Source: Thermodesulfobacteriota bacterium
GTDB taxonomy: Bacteria > Desulfobacterota > Desulfobulbia > Desulfobulbales > SURF-16
Direction: 5' to 3'
Assembly (NCBI GenBank): GCA_049323655.1
Contig: JBMONO010000006.1
Span: 18,953-82,952, forward strand
DNA length: 64,000 nt
The first letter of the stretch is position 1. Each line of letters starts with the position of its first letter. The notes under the pieces are model-generated. The model had not been told where the DNA came from. It saw nothing but the letters and a program-made list of their open reading frames with translations, and did no database searches. Made by a program: the position numbers and the translations under genes. This document shows, in pieces, positions 30,326 to 37,868 of this stretch.

Positions 30326-30664
30326 ACCACCTCCTGATAGTCCTGGGTTGGCAGCCACGGATCCTGCATGGGAATGAAGAATCATTCATGATCCTGTCTC
30401 TTTCCTTATAAACAGGCTCGTATTCAATCGATGTTAGGGTTTTCTTATTTTTTCGTTGGCGAATATGAGGATTCGATCAGCAATGGCAAAATGGTGCTGG
30501 AATGATCACCCAGCAATGAAACTGGACGCAATTTTAAAAACAATGAAACGTATTTCTAAAAATGGGTGGTTATGCTTGAAAAGCAAATACAAAAAAAAGG
30601 AGTGACAATCTGATCTTCGATCACCGCCCAGCCATGTTAGGGCAAAACATCATGAGGCAAAACA

Positions 30665-30838
30665 ATGAATGAAAAAATATTAAATGATTTCAAAAAGTTG
30701 CAGAGAAAACTGATTGTTCAGCAGGAATACATCAAAAAACTCGAAATCCTGTTGCGCGACCAGGAGCAGAGCTGTCAGGAGGCCCTGGCCGAGGTGAAAC
30801 GGCAGTACAGCAAGCTCCTGGCCGAGAGTCCGGCATGA
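30665..30838 (+). CDS. Small coiled-coil protein (57 aa), hypothetical
   Basis: MNEKILNDFKKLQRKLIVQQEYIKKLEILLRDQEQSCQEALAEVKRQYSKLLAESPA. GAGG lies 7 nt upstream. Below the 60-aa cutoff of the ORF track. Confidence 0.35.
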   Translation: MNEKILNDFKKLQRKLIVQQEYIKKLEILLRDQEQSCQEALAEVKRQYSKLLAESPA

Positions 30839-30843
30839 AAAAC

Positions 30844-31035
30844 TCATTGGCGGCCGGACTCTTTTGCCTGCTGGCAAAAATAGATCATCCAGCATTGCCA
30901 CGGCAGGGTGGAAACCGTGCATTCCCCCGGACACTGAAAATCCTTTTCGCGGATCGGGCAGAGTCCGCATTTCGCCCGGCAGATGTATTTGGCCGCCTTC
31001 TCGAGGGCTGCGTGCAGCGTCTGGTCGTCTTTCAT
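30844..31035 (-). CDS. Small cysteine-rich protein (63 aa, 7 Cys), hypothetical
   Basis: MKDDQTLHAALEKAAKYICRAKCGLCPIREKDFQCPGEC... Third-position GC is clearly higher than for the overlapping plus-strand ORF 30835-31059. GGGGGA RBS upstream. Confidence 0.5.
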   Translation of the reverse strand: MKDDQTLHAALEKAAKYICRAKCGLCPIREKDFQCPGECTVSTLPWQCWMIYFCQQAKESGRQ

Positions 31036-31183
31036 GGCATTTTTCCCCCTGTGTTATGACGACATAATGCATGGGAATTTTAAACATTTTATTAAAAACC
31101 CATTACAAATGCATTACCAGCCCCTCTCCGATTCCATCGGGATAGCGGCTTTCCGCCAGAACCTCAGCCAATGGAGAAAAAAA

Positions 31184-31564
31184 ATGAACACCACCCCGCA
31201 TCTCGTTCATCTGCAATCATACCGGTCTGATCTGCTGCGCCGGCAGAAAGAATATCAGACAGCCATTTTTTCCGAGGAAAGCAAGATGATCGTCGGCGCC
31301 GGCATGGAAGACGGCGACCGCTCCACCAGAGAACACCTGAATCACATGAGCCTTCTCCAGCTTGATTCGATCAGCCGGACGATCAACACCATTGACCGGG
31401 CGCTGCAAATGATCGAGGCCGGCACTTACGGTATCTGCAGTGCATGCGACGAGGACATCGACGAACAGCGATTGCGTTCGCTGCCCTTTGCCACCCTCTG
31501 TTTGGATTGCCAAAAAAAAGCGGACATCGCCGGACGGCAGGCAAGGGAAAAATGCGCGGCGTAA
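31184..31564 (+). CDS. DksA/TraR-family C4 zinc-finger protein
   Basis: GTYGICSACDEDIDEQRLRSLPFATLCLDCQ. GGAGA RBS. Start ATG 31184; the track start at 30983 is too early. Confidence 0.75.
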   Translation: MNTTPHLVHLQSYRSDLLRRQKEYQTAIFSEESKMIVGAGMEDGDRSTREHLNHMSLLQLDSISRTINTIDRALQMIEAGTYGICSACDEDIDEQRLRSLPFATLCLDCQKKADIAGRQAREKCAA

Positions 31565-31612
31565 AGGAGTTTGCCGCACAAAAGTACTTTTTACGGATTC
31601 ACCACAGATGAA

Positions 31613-31740
31613 GGTCTCGTAAAAAGTGAAAATTAACCACAGAGACCGCAGAGTACACCGAGACAACTAATTGTAATTATACATATTTTTTTCTGTGCTC
31701 TCCGTACACTCTGTGGTGAAAATAGATTTTTTACGGGTTT
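31613..31740 (-). repeat. MITE-like intergenic repeat, copy D (inverted orientation), with an extra end fragment at about 31583-31612
   Basis: GGTCTCGTAAAAAGTGAAAATTAACCACAGAGACCGCAGAG...AACTAATTGTAATTA...CTCTGTGGTGAAAATAGATTTTTTACGGGTTT. Confidence 0.85.
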
Positions 31741-31764
31741 GTCACAGATAACAAGGAGAAAAAA

Positions 31765-31947
31765 ATGACTGTTGAGGAAATACGGAAAAAGGCAAGGGAA
31801 CTCGGCATTAAAACGGCCAATCTGAAAAAAGCCGATCTGATCCGCGCCATCCAGCACGCGGAAGGTTTTACAAGCTGCTTTGGCCGGGACGCTTCGGCCT
31901 GCGACCAGGCAAGCTGCTGCTGGCGTCGGGAATGCCTCCGTCAGTAA
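31765..31947 (+). CDS. Small SAP/Rho-N-like domain protein with a Cys-rich tail
   Basis: MTVEEIRKKARELGIKTANLKKADLIRAIQHAEG (helix-extended-helix SAP-like), then CFGRDASACDQASCCWRREC. AAGGAG RBS. Confidence 0.6.
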   Translation: MTVEEIRKKARELGIKTANLKKADLIRAIQHAEGFTSCFGRDASACDQASCCWRRECLRQ

Positions 31948-32264
31948 CCTGATCCGGCGCCAACAGCGCTGCCATGGATCACATCATGGATGGTGCTCCG
32001 GAAATAGCGGACATGGACGTCATCGAGGCGGAGATAGGAGCTGCCCTCATAACCCCTGGCCAGATCACGGATGGTGCGGCAGACGAGAATGGAGAGATAG
32101 TCCGTAATGCGGGCCTGCCGCTTCATCTCCAGAAGAATTTCCTCGTACAGGGGCCGGATGACCTCCTCCGGCCTCTCCATCTCGATGCAGAGCAGCCGGA
32201 TGGCGGTGCTGTGCTGCTTGCGTTCGGCATCGTTCGCGTAGAGGGGGATCTCCGCCTGGCCCAT
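31941..32264 (-). CDS. Hypothetical protein (possibly DUF3562-like)
   Basis: EEILLEMKRQARITDYLSILVCRTIRDL resembles what I recall of DUF3562. AGGAGA lies 9 nt upstream of ATG 32264; the track start at 32306 is a TTG. Confidence 0.35.
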   Translation of the reverse strand: MGQAEIPLYANDAERKQHSTAIRLLCIEMERPEEVIRPLYEEILLEMKRQARITDYLSILVCRTIRDLARGYEGSSYLRLDDVHVRYFRSTIHDVIHGSAVGAGSGY

Positions 32265-32314
32265 GAATTCATTCTCCTGCCGTAGCTCATGCATCTGAAC
32301 AAACAATGATGCAC

Positions 32315-32442
32315 TGAAAAAAGTCTTTTTCTTGCCACTGGACGCACAAAGAAAACAGACACAATATCTGAAAGTACAGAAAATTATCTTTGTGCGCTTC
32401 GTGGTCTCTGTGGTTGATTTTCAGTTTGCCAAACGCCATCAC
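32315..32442 (+). repeat. MITE-like intergenic repeat, copy E (diverged left half)
   Basis: ...GAAAAAAGTCTTTTTCTTGCCACTGGACGCACAAAG...TCTTTGTGCGCTTCGTGGTCTCTGTGGTTGATTTTCAGTTTGCCAAACGCCATCAC. Confidence 0.7.
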
Positions 32443-32463
32443 CCGTCACCTCGCCAACAATCT

Positions 32464-33714
32464 TCAGGTCAGCGAAAGCAGCACCGGCAACAGCAGCTCG
32501 GCGTCGATAAAAGGCGCGCTCCGCTCGCTGACCAGCTGGCAGTCGATCACGCCGATACCTCTTTTTGCAAGATAGCCGCTGTCCAGCCCGCCGGGATATT
32601 GCCCCTTTTCCCTGTCCACCAGCACCAGATCAACGATGTCGCTGGGCGCAATGCCGGCCCGGTCCCGGCTGCCATATTCCACCAGTTTCCGCACCTGATC
32701 GGTCACGTCGAGGCCGCAACATTCCGGATCGTGGCCGGTATTGGGGACAAAGACCTTCGGCACCTGTCGTCCGGCGATGGCCGAACCGACACCGCGGGGC
32801 AGAAGATTGGCGAGGATACTGGAATAAAAACTGCCCATGGGATAACAGATGAGATCCGCCGCGCTGATCAGGTTTCTCATCTTCTCCCGGATCGGCACCT
32901 CAACCTCTCTTGCGACGTCGGGATCGCCGCTCAGATAGATCCGTTCGATCCGTTGCAGCAAAGGGGGGTATTCCTTGCCGGTTATCTTGTGCTGGCCGAT
33001 GACGGTGCTGCCGTCGGCCAGTTCGGCGGCCAGATGGAGATAACGGTTGACAATGGGCCGGACAATCCCTCTGGCCTGGACCAGCCGGGAAAAGATATAG
33101 ATGACCGGATCGGGATGCCGCCGGTTTTCCAGATAGCCGGCAGTCAGAATAAGGTTGCCGACACTGGCGCCGCGCAGATCAAAATAGGCGGGCATGCGTT
33201 GCTGAAAGGAGAAAAGATGATTGCGGATGATGCGACGGGTGGGGTGATGAATTTGTTTTACCAGTGGATGGACTCCCTGCACCATCTCACGAAATTCTGC
33301 CGCCAGGACCGCCTCATCGGCCTCCTTGGCAAAACGGTAGGCAAAGAGCTCGTAAATCTCCGGATTACCAAGCAGGGTCTGGTCGGCAAGGTCCATGAGC
33401 CGCGCCCGCAGATCGCCGATGGACAGCATCTGAAAGGCGCGGCGCAGCACCGCCGAACTGCCGCCTGAATCAAAGGCGGTGATGATATGGATGGAGTTGT
33501 GGGTATAGTTTTTCAGCAGCCGGCTCAGGCCGCGCAACGCGCTGCCACCGCTGAAAAAGAGGAGACGCGGGCCAAGCTCCGGGGCCTTCACGTAGCGAGC
33601 GAGTTTGATTCGATCCGGGATGACGATACGGCGTTGGACAGTCAGGGAGATTTCCACCGATTTTTCCATGCCCATCACCTCGACAGGGTCCGGCAACCAG
33701 TGCGACGCCATCAT
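32464..33714 (-). CDS. CofD/YvcK-family protein (GAK-system CofD-like)
   Basis: LLFFSGGSALRGLSRLL...IITAFDSGGSSAVLRRAF...IGDLRARL matches the CofD/YvcK nucleotide-binding motifs. ATGA overlap with the upstream kinase gene (33711-33714). Confidence 0.7.
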   Translation of the reverse strand: MMASHWLPDPVEVMGMEKSVEISLTVQRRIVIPDRIKLARYVKAPELGPRLLFFSGGSALRGLSRLLKNYTHNSIHIITAFDSGGSSAVLRRAFQMLSIGDLRARLMDLADQTLLGNPEIYELFAYRFAKEADEAVLAAEFREMVQGVHPLVKQIHHPTRRIIRNHLFSFQQRMPAYFDLRGASVGNLILTAGYLENRRHPDPVIYIFSRLVQARGIVRPIVNRYLHLAAELADGSTVIGQHKITGKEYPPLLQRIERIYLSGDPDVAREVEVPIREKMRNLISAADLICYPMGSFYSSILANLLPRGVGSAIAGRQVPKVFVPNTGHDPECCGLDVTDQVRKLVEYGSRDRAGIAPSDIVDLVLVDREKGQYPGGLDSGYLAKRGIGVIDCQLVSERSAPFIDAELLLPVLLSLT

Positions 33715-34796
33715 TGCTGCCCGAAAAATTCCAGACAGGCTCCGGTTGCGGCGGCAAAGTCCACCCCGCCGCTGATTTCAAGCACCGTAATGTCGGAGAG
33801 CATGGCCAGGTAATTCGCCGGTGAATGATCGAGCACCCCGTCTGTCTCCTCCGGCAGAAAAAAAAGACCGGTTGACTTCATGAAGGCGGGCAGCAGATCC
33901 TGCCGGGCGGCGAGATCAACCCGTTGCACCACGGATTTTCCTTTGTCCCGCCGCCAGTTGAGGATCACCAGGCCCCGCATCGGGGCGGAGAGGGCAAAAC
34001 GGTCGGCGCCGAAGGCCTCATTGATGAAGACGTCGTATTTGTGTTCGAGCTCCCACAGCTCCTCGGTCGGCAGAGCGGCGAAACGCCTTCTTTCATGGAG
34101 CGGGATGACCCGTTGCAGATCCGCGTTATGGAGGGCGGTGCCGGGATTGATCCGCGGCAGCTTGGCCACCCCGAACATGGTGGTCTGGTCTGTCTCCTTT
34201 TTCACCAGCAACCGGTCATTGCTGACAAAATGCGCGCCGCTGCTCATCAGATGCAGGGCCAGGGTCGATTTTCCCATGCCGGAGAAGCCGGCCAGGGCAA
34301 GCCCCTGTCCGGCCAGGGTGACCCCGGCGGCATGGCCGAGCAGGTAGCCCTGATGCAGCTTCCAGGCGATAAAACGGCTGTTGATGAAATTGACAATCTG
34401 ATTTGGGTTGGCGCAGCAGGGCCCCACCGCCAGATGATCCTCGCCGCCGAAGAGAAAGACCATGCCGGTCAGCCGTTTGCGCACCACCCGGCCGTCCGCA
34501 AGATCAAGATACTCCTCCTTGATCTTGGTCTTGCCCGGATCAGGCTCCTTGATGACGAATGTTTCGCGAAAATGCGGTTCCGGCGCCTCATGCACCGTGA
34601 TCCTGATCATCGCCTTTTCCTCGTCCCGGACAACAAAGGGACGGAAATAATGTTCGAGATCAGCGATGAGCTTTGCCGCATTACAGCGCACCTCGATGGA
34701 GCAGCCGGCAAAAAGCAGTCGGATAACATGGCCGGTGGGGTAGCGATGACGGAACTCGCGGACCATCTCGTGACGGTTCAGTGGTGAGTGCTTCAT
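33711..34796 (-). CDS. HprK-related P-loop kinase (type B-like)
   Basis: HAAGVTLAGQGLALAGFSGMGKSTLALHLMSSGAHFVSNDRLLV resembles the HPr kinase/phosphorylase C-terminal P-loop region. ATGA overlap with the ATP-grasp gene (34793-34796). Confidence 0.65.
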   Translation of the reverse strand: MKHSPLNRHEMVREFRHRYPTGHVIRLLFAGCSIEVRCNAAKLIADLEHYFRPFVVRDEEKAMIRITVHEAPEPHFRETFVIKEPDPGKTKIKEEYLDLADGRVVRKRLTGMVFLFGGEDHLAVGPCCANPNQIVNFINSRFIAWKLHQGYLLGHAAGVTLAGQGLALAGFSGMGKSTLALHLMSSGAHFVSNDRLLVKKETDQTTMFGVAKLPRINPGTALHNADLQRVIPLHERRRFAALPTEELWELEHKYDVFINEAFGADRFALSAPMRGLVILNWRRDKGKSVVQRVDLAARQDLLPAFMKSTGLFFLPEETDGVLDHSPANYLAMLSDITVLEISGGVDFAAATGACLEFFGQQ

Positions 34797-35668
34797 TTCT
34801 CCACCCTCCGCCGGACATACTCGACATAGAGCCCGGCCGCATCGATATTGCGCGCCTCGAGAATACCCCGGAAGCCGCCAAAGGCGGAGACCTCGAACAC
34901 CATCGGACCGTCGCTGGTCTCCACCACGTCAACACAGGTAAAGTCGAGCCCGAACGGCGCCTGGGCCCGATAAGCCAGCTCGATGATCTCCGGTCCCGGA
35001 TCAACGGCCTCATACCTGCCGCCGGAGGCGGTGGTGGTATTCCAGGCATCATCCTGCTGGCAGCGGGCATAGGTCGTCATGTACTCGCCGCCGAGAAAAA
35101 CGACGCCGAGATCCCGACCGTTGAGATCGATTTTTTTCTGGATGTACATAATCTTGTTTTTCGCCTTGTATTCCTCGATGACACCCCTGGCGTTGTCCTC
35201 GGCCCGCAGGACAAACATACCGCGCGCCTTGGAGGTGTAGAGCGGCTTGAACACGGCCTCGCCATATTCCCGCACCGCCCGCAGGGCGCTGTCGACGTTT
35301 TCGGTGATGGTCAGGGGCGGCATGGGGATGTTGTTGACCTGCAGGGTAATGGTGCAGGACAGCCGGTCGAGCACCCGCATGATCCGCAGGGGATCGGAAA
35401 AGATCGGCATGCCACGGTCGGCAAGATAGCGCAGGATCTCCAGCCGGTCCATCAGGTCCGGTGAGTAACGGGAGCCGATCTTTTTGATGATGAGGGCGTC
35501 CAGGGCATTGAGTTCGAGACCGTTGCTCGTCACCCGGCCGCTGGGCAGATCGAGACAGATGCGATCCGGTTCGATGAAAATTCTTTCCCCGGTCATCCGG
35601 CCCACCGTATCGGCCAGCAGCTCCGACGACCAGCCGTTTTTTATTCCTATTACTCCTATTCTCGGCAT
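34793..35668 (-). CDS. RimK-like ATP-grasp ligase (GAK-system ATP-grasp)
   Basis: VFKPLYTSKARGM, IMYIQKKIDLNGRDLGVVFLGGEY, NTTTASGG, VDVVETSDGPMVFEVSAFGGF. Start ATG 35668 (MPRIGVIG); alternatives are 35683/35686. Confidence 0.7.
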   Translation of the reverse strand: MPRIGVIGIKNGWSSELLADTVGRMTGERIFIEPDRICLDLPSGRVTSNGLELNALDALIIKKIGSRYSPDLMDRLEILRYLADRGMPIFSDPLRIMRVLDRLSCTITLQVNNIPMPPLTITENVDSALRAVREYGEAVFKPLYTSKARGMFVLRAEDNARGVIEEYKAKNKIMYIQKKIDLNGRDLGVVFLGGEYMTTYARCQQDDAWNTTTASGGRYEAVDPGPEIIELAYRAQAPFGLDFTCVDVVETSDGPMVFEVSAFGGFRGILEARNIDAAGLYVEYVRRRVEK

Positions 35669-35690
35669 GAGTTTGTCCTTCATCATTTAT

Positions 35691-35804
35691 GATGATTTCG
35701 TAAAAGCTGAAAATCTGCCACAGAGACCACAGATGTAACTAATCATAATTAAAGATGTTTTCTATGTCCTCAGTGCGCTCTGTGGTGAAAAAAGACTTTT
35801 TCCG
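35691..35804 (-). repeat. MITE-like intergenic repeat, copy F (inverted orientation), inside the GAK-type operon
   Basis: GATGATTTCGTAAAAGCTGAAAATCTGCCACAGAGACCACAG...CTCAGTGCGCTCTGTGGTGAAAAAAGACTTTTTCCG. Confidence 0.85.
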
Positions 35805-35898
35805 ATTGTATCTTTCATGTACGGTTTTTCTGATCCGCTCCCTATACCTGTCGTGCAGGACATAAGGCCGGGCCGGACCGTCTCTTTCGTGCCAGGCA

Positions 35899-37545
35899 TC
35901 AGTAATACATGATGGCGGTTGGCAGCCGGAAACGCGTCCAGTCGGTGCCTTCGTGGGCCAGCACCTTTTCCAGCAGGAAATGGGCGCGCAAAAACATCTC
36001 GCGGGCAAACTTGGTATTGAGTTCAAAACGGGTCGAGGTGTAGAAGGAGCGGGCCAGAGCGAGGGCCATCCGCGCCTCGAAGGTGGCGTCTTCCTTTTCC
36101 CGGGCAAACTCCTCCGCCATTTCATACATCTTCTTGATCGTCCAGTTGAGCCGGTCGCGCAGCTGCAGCTTGAAGGCGGGCTGGCGGAAATTGGAGATAA
36201 TAAAGACCGAGACATCCTGGACATAGTCGGCATAGCGGGAGCGGTGCAGATCGATGAAATGAATGCGCTCCTTTATTGAGTTATAAAAAATATTGTTGAC
36301 GTTGAAATCGCCATGGATAAAGACGGTAAAGGGCGCCGGCAGCTCCTCCTCGATGAGCAGGCACTTGTCGAGGATCTGTTCAGTGGCATCGATCCGTCGC
36401 TGACCGATGTTCTGCTCCACCCGGTAGAACTCGGGATGGACCTGCAGAACGCTCTCCAGACGGCTCAAAATCTGCTCGACATAGTCGATCTTTCTCGCCC
36501 CCGGCCGCAGGGTGTGATTCCAGACCTCCCGCACCGTGGTCAGCAGCCGGATACAGGCGGCGCTCAACTCCTCGCGGTCGGAGGAGAGAATGACCTCCTC
36601 GTAGGTGCAGCAGGGAATGTATTCGAGCAGCAGGGAGGAGGTGTCGCCGGATTCCTGATAACTGAAAATCTTCGGCACCAGACCGGGAAAAATCTCCGTC
36701 CAGATCTCGATATTTTTCTTTTCGGCCCGGATCTTGTCACGGTTGCCTTCCTTGAAGATGCTGCTGGTGGACTGAGGGAGGAAATGCTCGCCCTGCTCGT
36801 GCTGGAGCTTGCGGATCCGGCAGCCGGATCGGCTGCCGAGAATGGAGGAAAAATCGACCTCGGACAGGGTGCCTCGATAGCCGCTCAAAGTCAGTGACTC
36901 CTCCAGGGCCTGAAACTGATCGATCTTGATCTTTTCCCCGAGGATGGCGAGCAGCAGGGCCTCGCCGATATTGAGCAGGGAATCGCCGATTCGCTCCAGA
37001 TAGCGAAAAATGAAAAGCACGGTGACCAGATCGCCGATATGCCTGCCCTCCCGCATTTCCTCCATGATCTTGACGAAATTTTCCTTGTAATAGGCGTCGA
37101 TCTGATGCTCGGAACGGCAGATCTGCAGGGAGGCGGCCAGATCGCTCTTCTTGAAGGCCGGAATGATTTTCGGCAAAAACTTCTGGATTTCGCTGAGGAT
37201 GATCCGGTAATTGAAGTTCTGGACAAAGGCGACATCGCTGAGATAGCCGACCTGACGGGCAATGTTGACGCAGAAATCGGCGATGCGTTCCAGATTAACG
37301 GCGATGATATGGACCGCGTGAATGGAATCTGTTTCTTTCTTGCTGAGCGGGCTGCCGGCGGTCAGGATATCAAAGCACCACTTCTCGATGATGGTTTTCA
37401 GATTATCGATATAATCATCCTTGCAGATGATTTTCTGCAGATCCTCCTTGTCCCCGGCGGCCAGAAAATCGCTGATGGCATCAACCTGTTTGTCAACCTC
37501 CAGCACCAGGAAATTGAAATTTTCCTCCAGCCCGCGACACAGCAT
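35899..37545 (-). CDS. PhoU-domain / aminoglycoside-phosphotransferase-like kinase fusion protein
   Basis: Two PhoU repeats (NLERIADFCVNIARQV; YLERIGDSLLNIGEALL) sit in the N-terminal half. The C-terminal APH/choline-kinase-like motifs are FIHGDFNVNNIFY and FIDLHRSRYADYVQD. 548 aa. Confidence 0.65.
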   Translation of the reverse strand: MLCRGLEENFNFLVLEVDKQVDAISDFLAAGDKEDLQKIICKDDYIDNLKTIIEKWCFDILTAGSPLSKKETDSIHAVHIIAVNLERIADFCVNIARQVGYLSDVAFVQNFNYRIILSEIQKFLPKIIPAFKKSDLAASLQICRSEHQIDAYYKENFVKIMEEMREGRHIGDLVTVLFIFRYLERIGDSLLNIGEALLLAILGEKIKIDQFQALEESLTLSGYRGTLSEVDFSSILGSRSGCRIRKLQHEQGEHFLPQSTSSIFKEGNRDKIRAEKKNIEIWTEIFPGLVPKIFSYQESGDTSSLLLEYIPCCTYEEVILSSDREELSAACIRLLTTVREVWNHTLRPGARKIDYVEQILSRLESVLQVHPEFYRVEQNIGQRRIDATEQILDKCLLIEEELPAPFTVFIHGDFNVNNIFYNSIKERIHFIDLHRSRYADYVQDVSVFIISNFRQPAFKLQLRDRLNWTIKKMYEMAEEFAREKEDATFEARMALALARSFYTSTRFELNTKFAREMFLRAHFLLEKVLAHEGTDWTRFRLPTAIMYY

Positions 37546-37558
37546 ATCCCCCCCGACC

Positions 37559-37828
37559 TCAGTTCGAAATGGTCATGGGGGTTGCGGAATCACACTTTTT
37601 ATCCTTGCTTTCCACCCATGATATCTTGATGTTGAGTTTATTCATCCCGTCTTTTTTCTTGGCCCGCACCGTGAATTTCATCAGGTCGTCAAGCCGCATG
37701 GAGATCTCGTCGCCATTCGACCTGAGGGTGATCGTCCCCTTTTCAATGGAATCGACCAGCGATTCCAGGTAGGTGCGGATTGTTCCGGCATCCTGCAATG
37801 ATTCGTAATTAAATTTCTGATTCGACAT
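37559..37828 (-). CDS. Small amphi-Trp-domain protein
   Basis: MSNQKFNYESLQDAGTIRTYLESLVDSIEKGTITL...KFTVRAKKKDGMNKLNIKISWVESK. GGAGAGAGGA RBS upstream of ATG 37828. Paralogous to 48557-48835 and 48902-49372. Confidence 0.6.
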   Translation of the reverse strand: MSNQKFNYESLQDAGTIRTYLESLVDSIEKGTITLRSNGDEISMRLDDLMKFTVRAKKKDGMNKLNIKISWVESKDKKCDSATPMTISN

Positions 37829-37868
37829 GGTTCCTCTCTCCTGTAGCCTGTCATGATTCCTTGTCACT

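Noticed and set aside
30484-30498. TGGCAAAATGGTGCT considered as a sigma-54 (-24/-12) promoter.
   Set aside because: The GG-to-GC spacing is one base short of the consensus TGGCAC-N5-TTGC geometry, and no enhancer-binding protein is adjacent.
30835-31059. 74-aa plus-strand ORF overlapping (ATGA) the stop of the 57-aa coiled-coil ORF.
   Set aside because: Its third-position GC is clearly lower than that of the opposite-strand 63-aa Cys-rich ORF (30844-31035), which I prefer. Both cannot easily be real.
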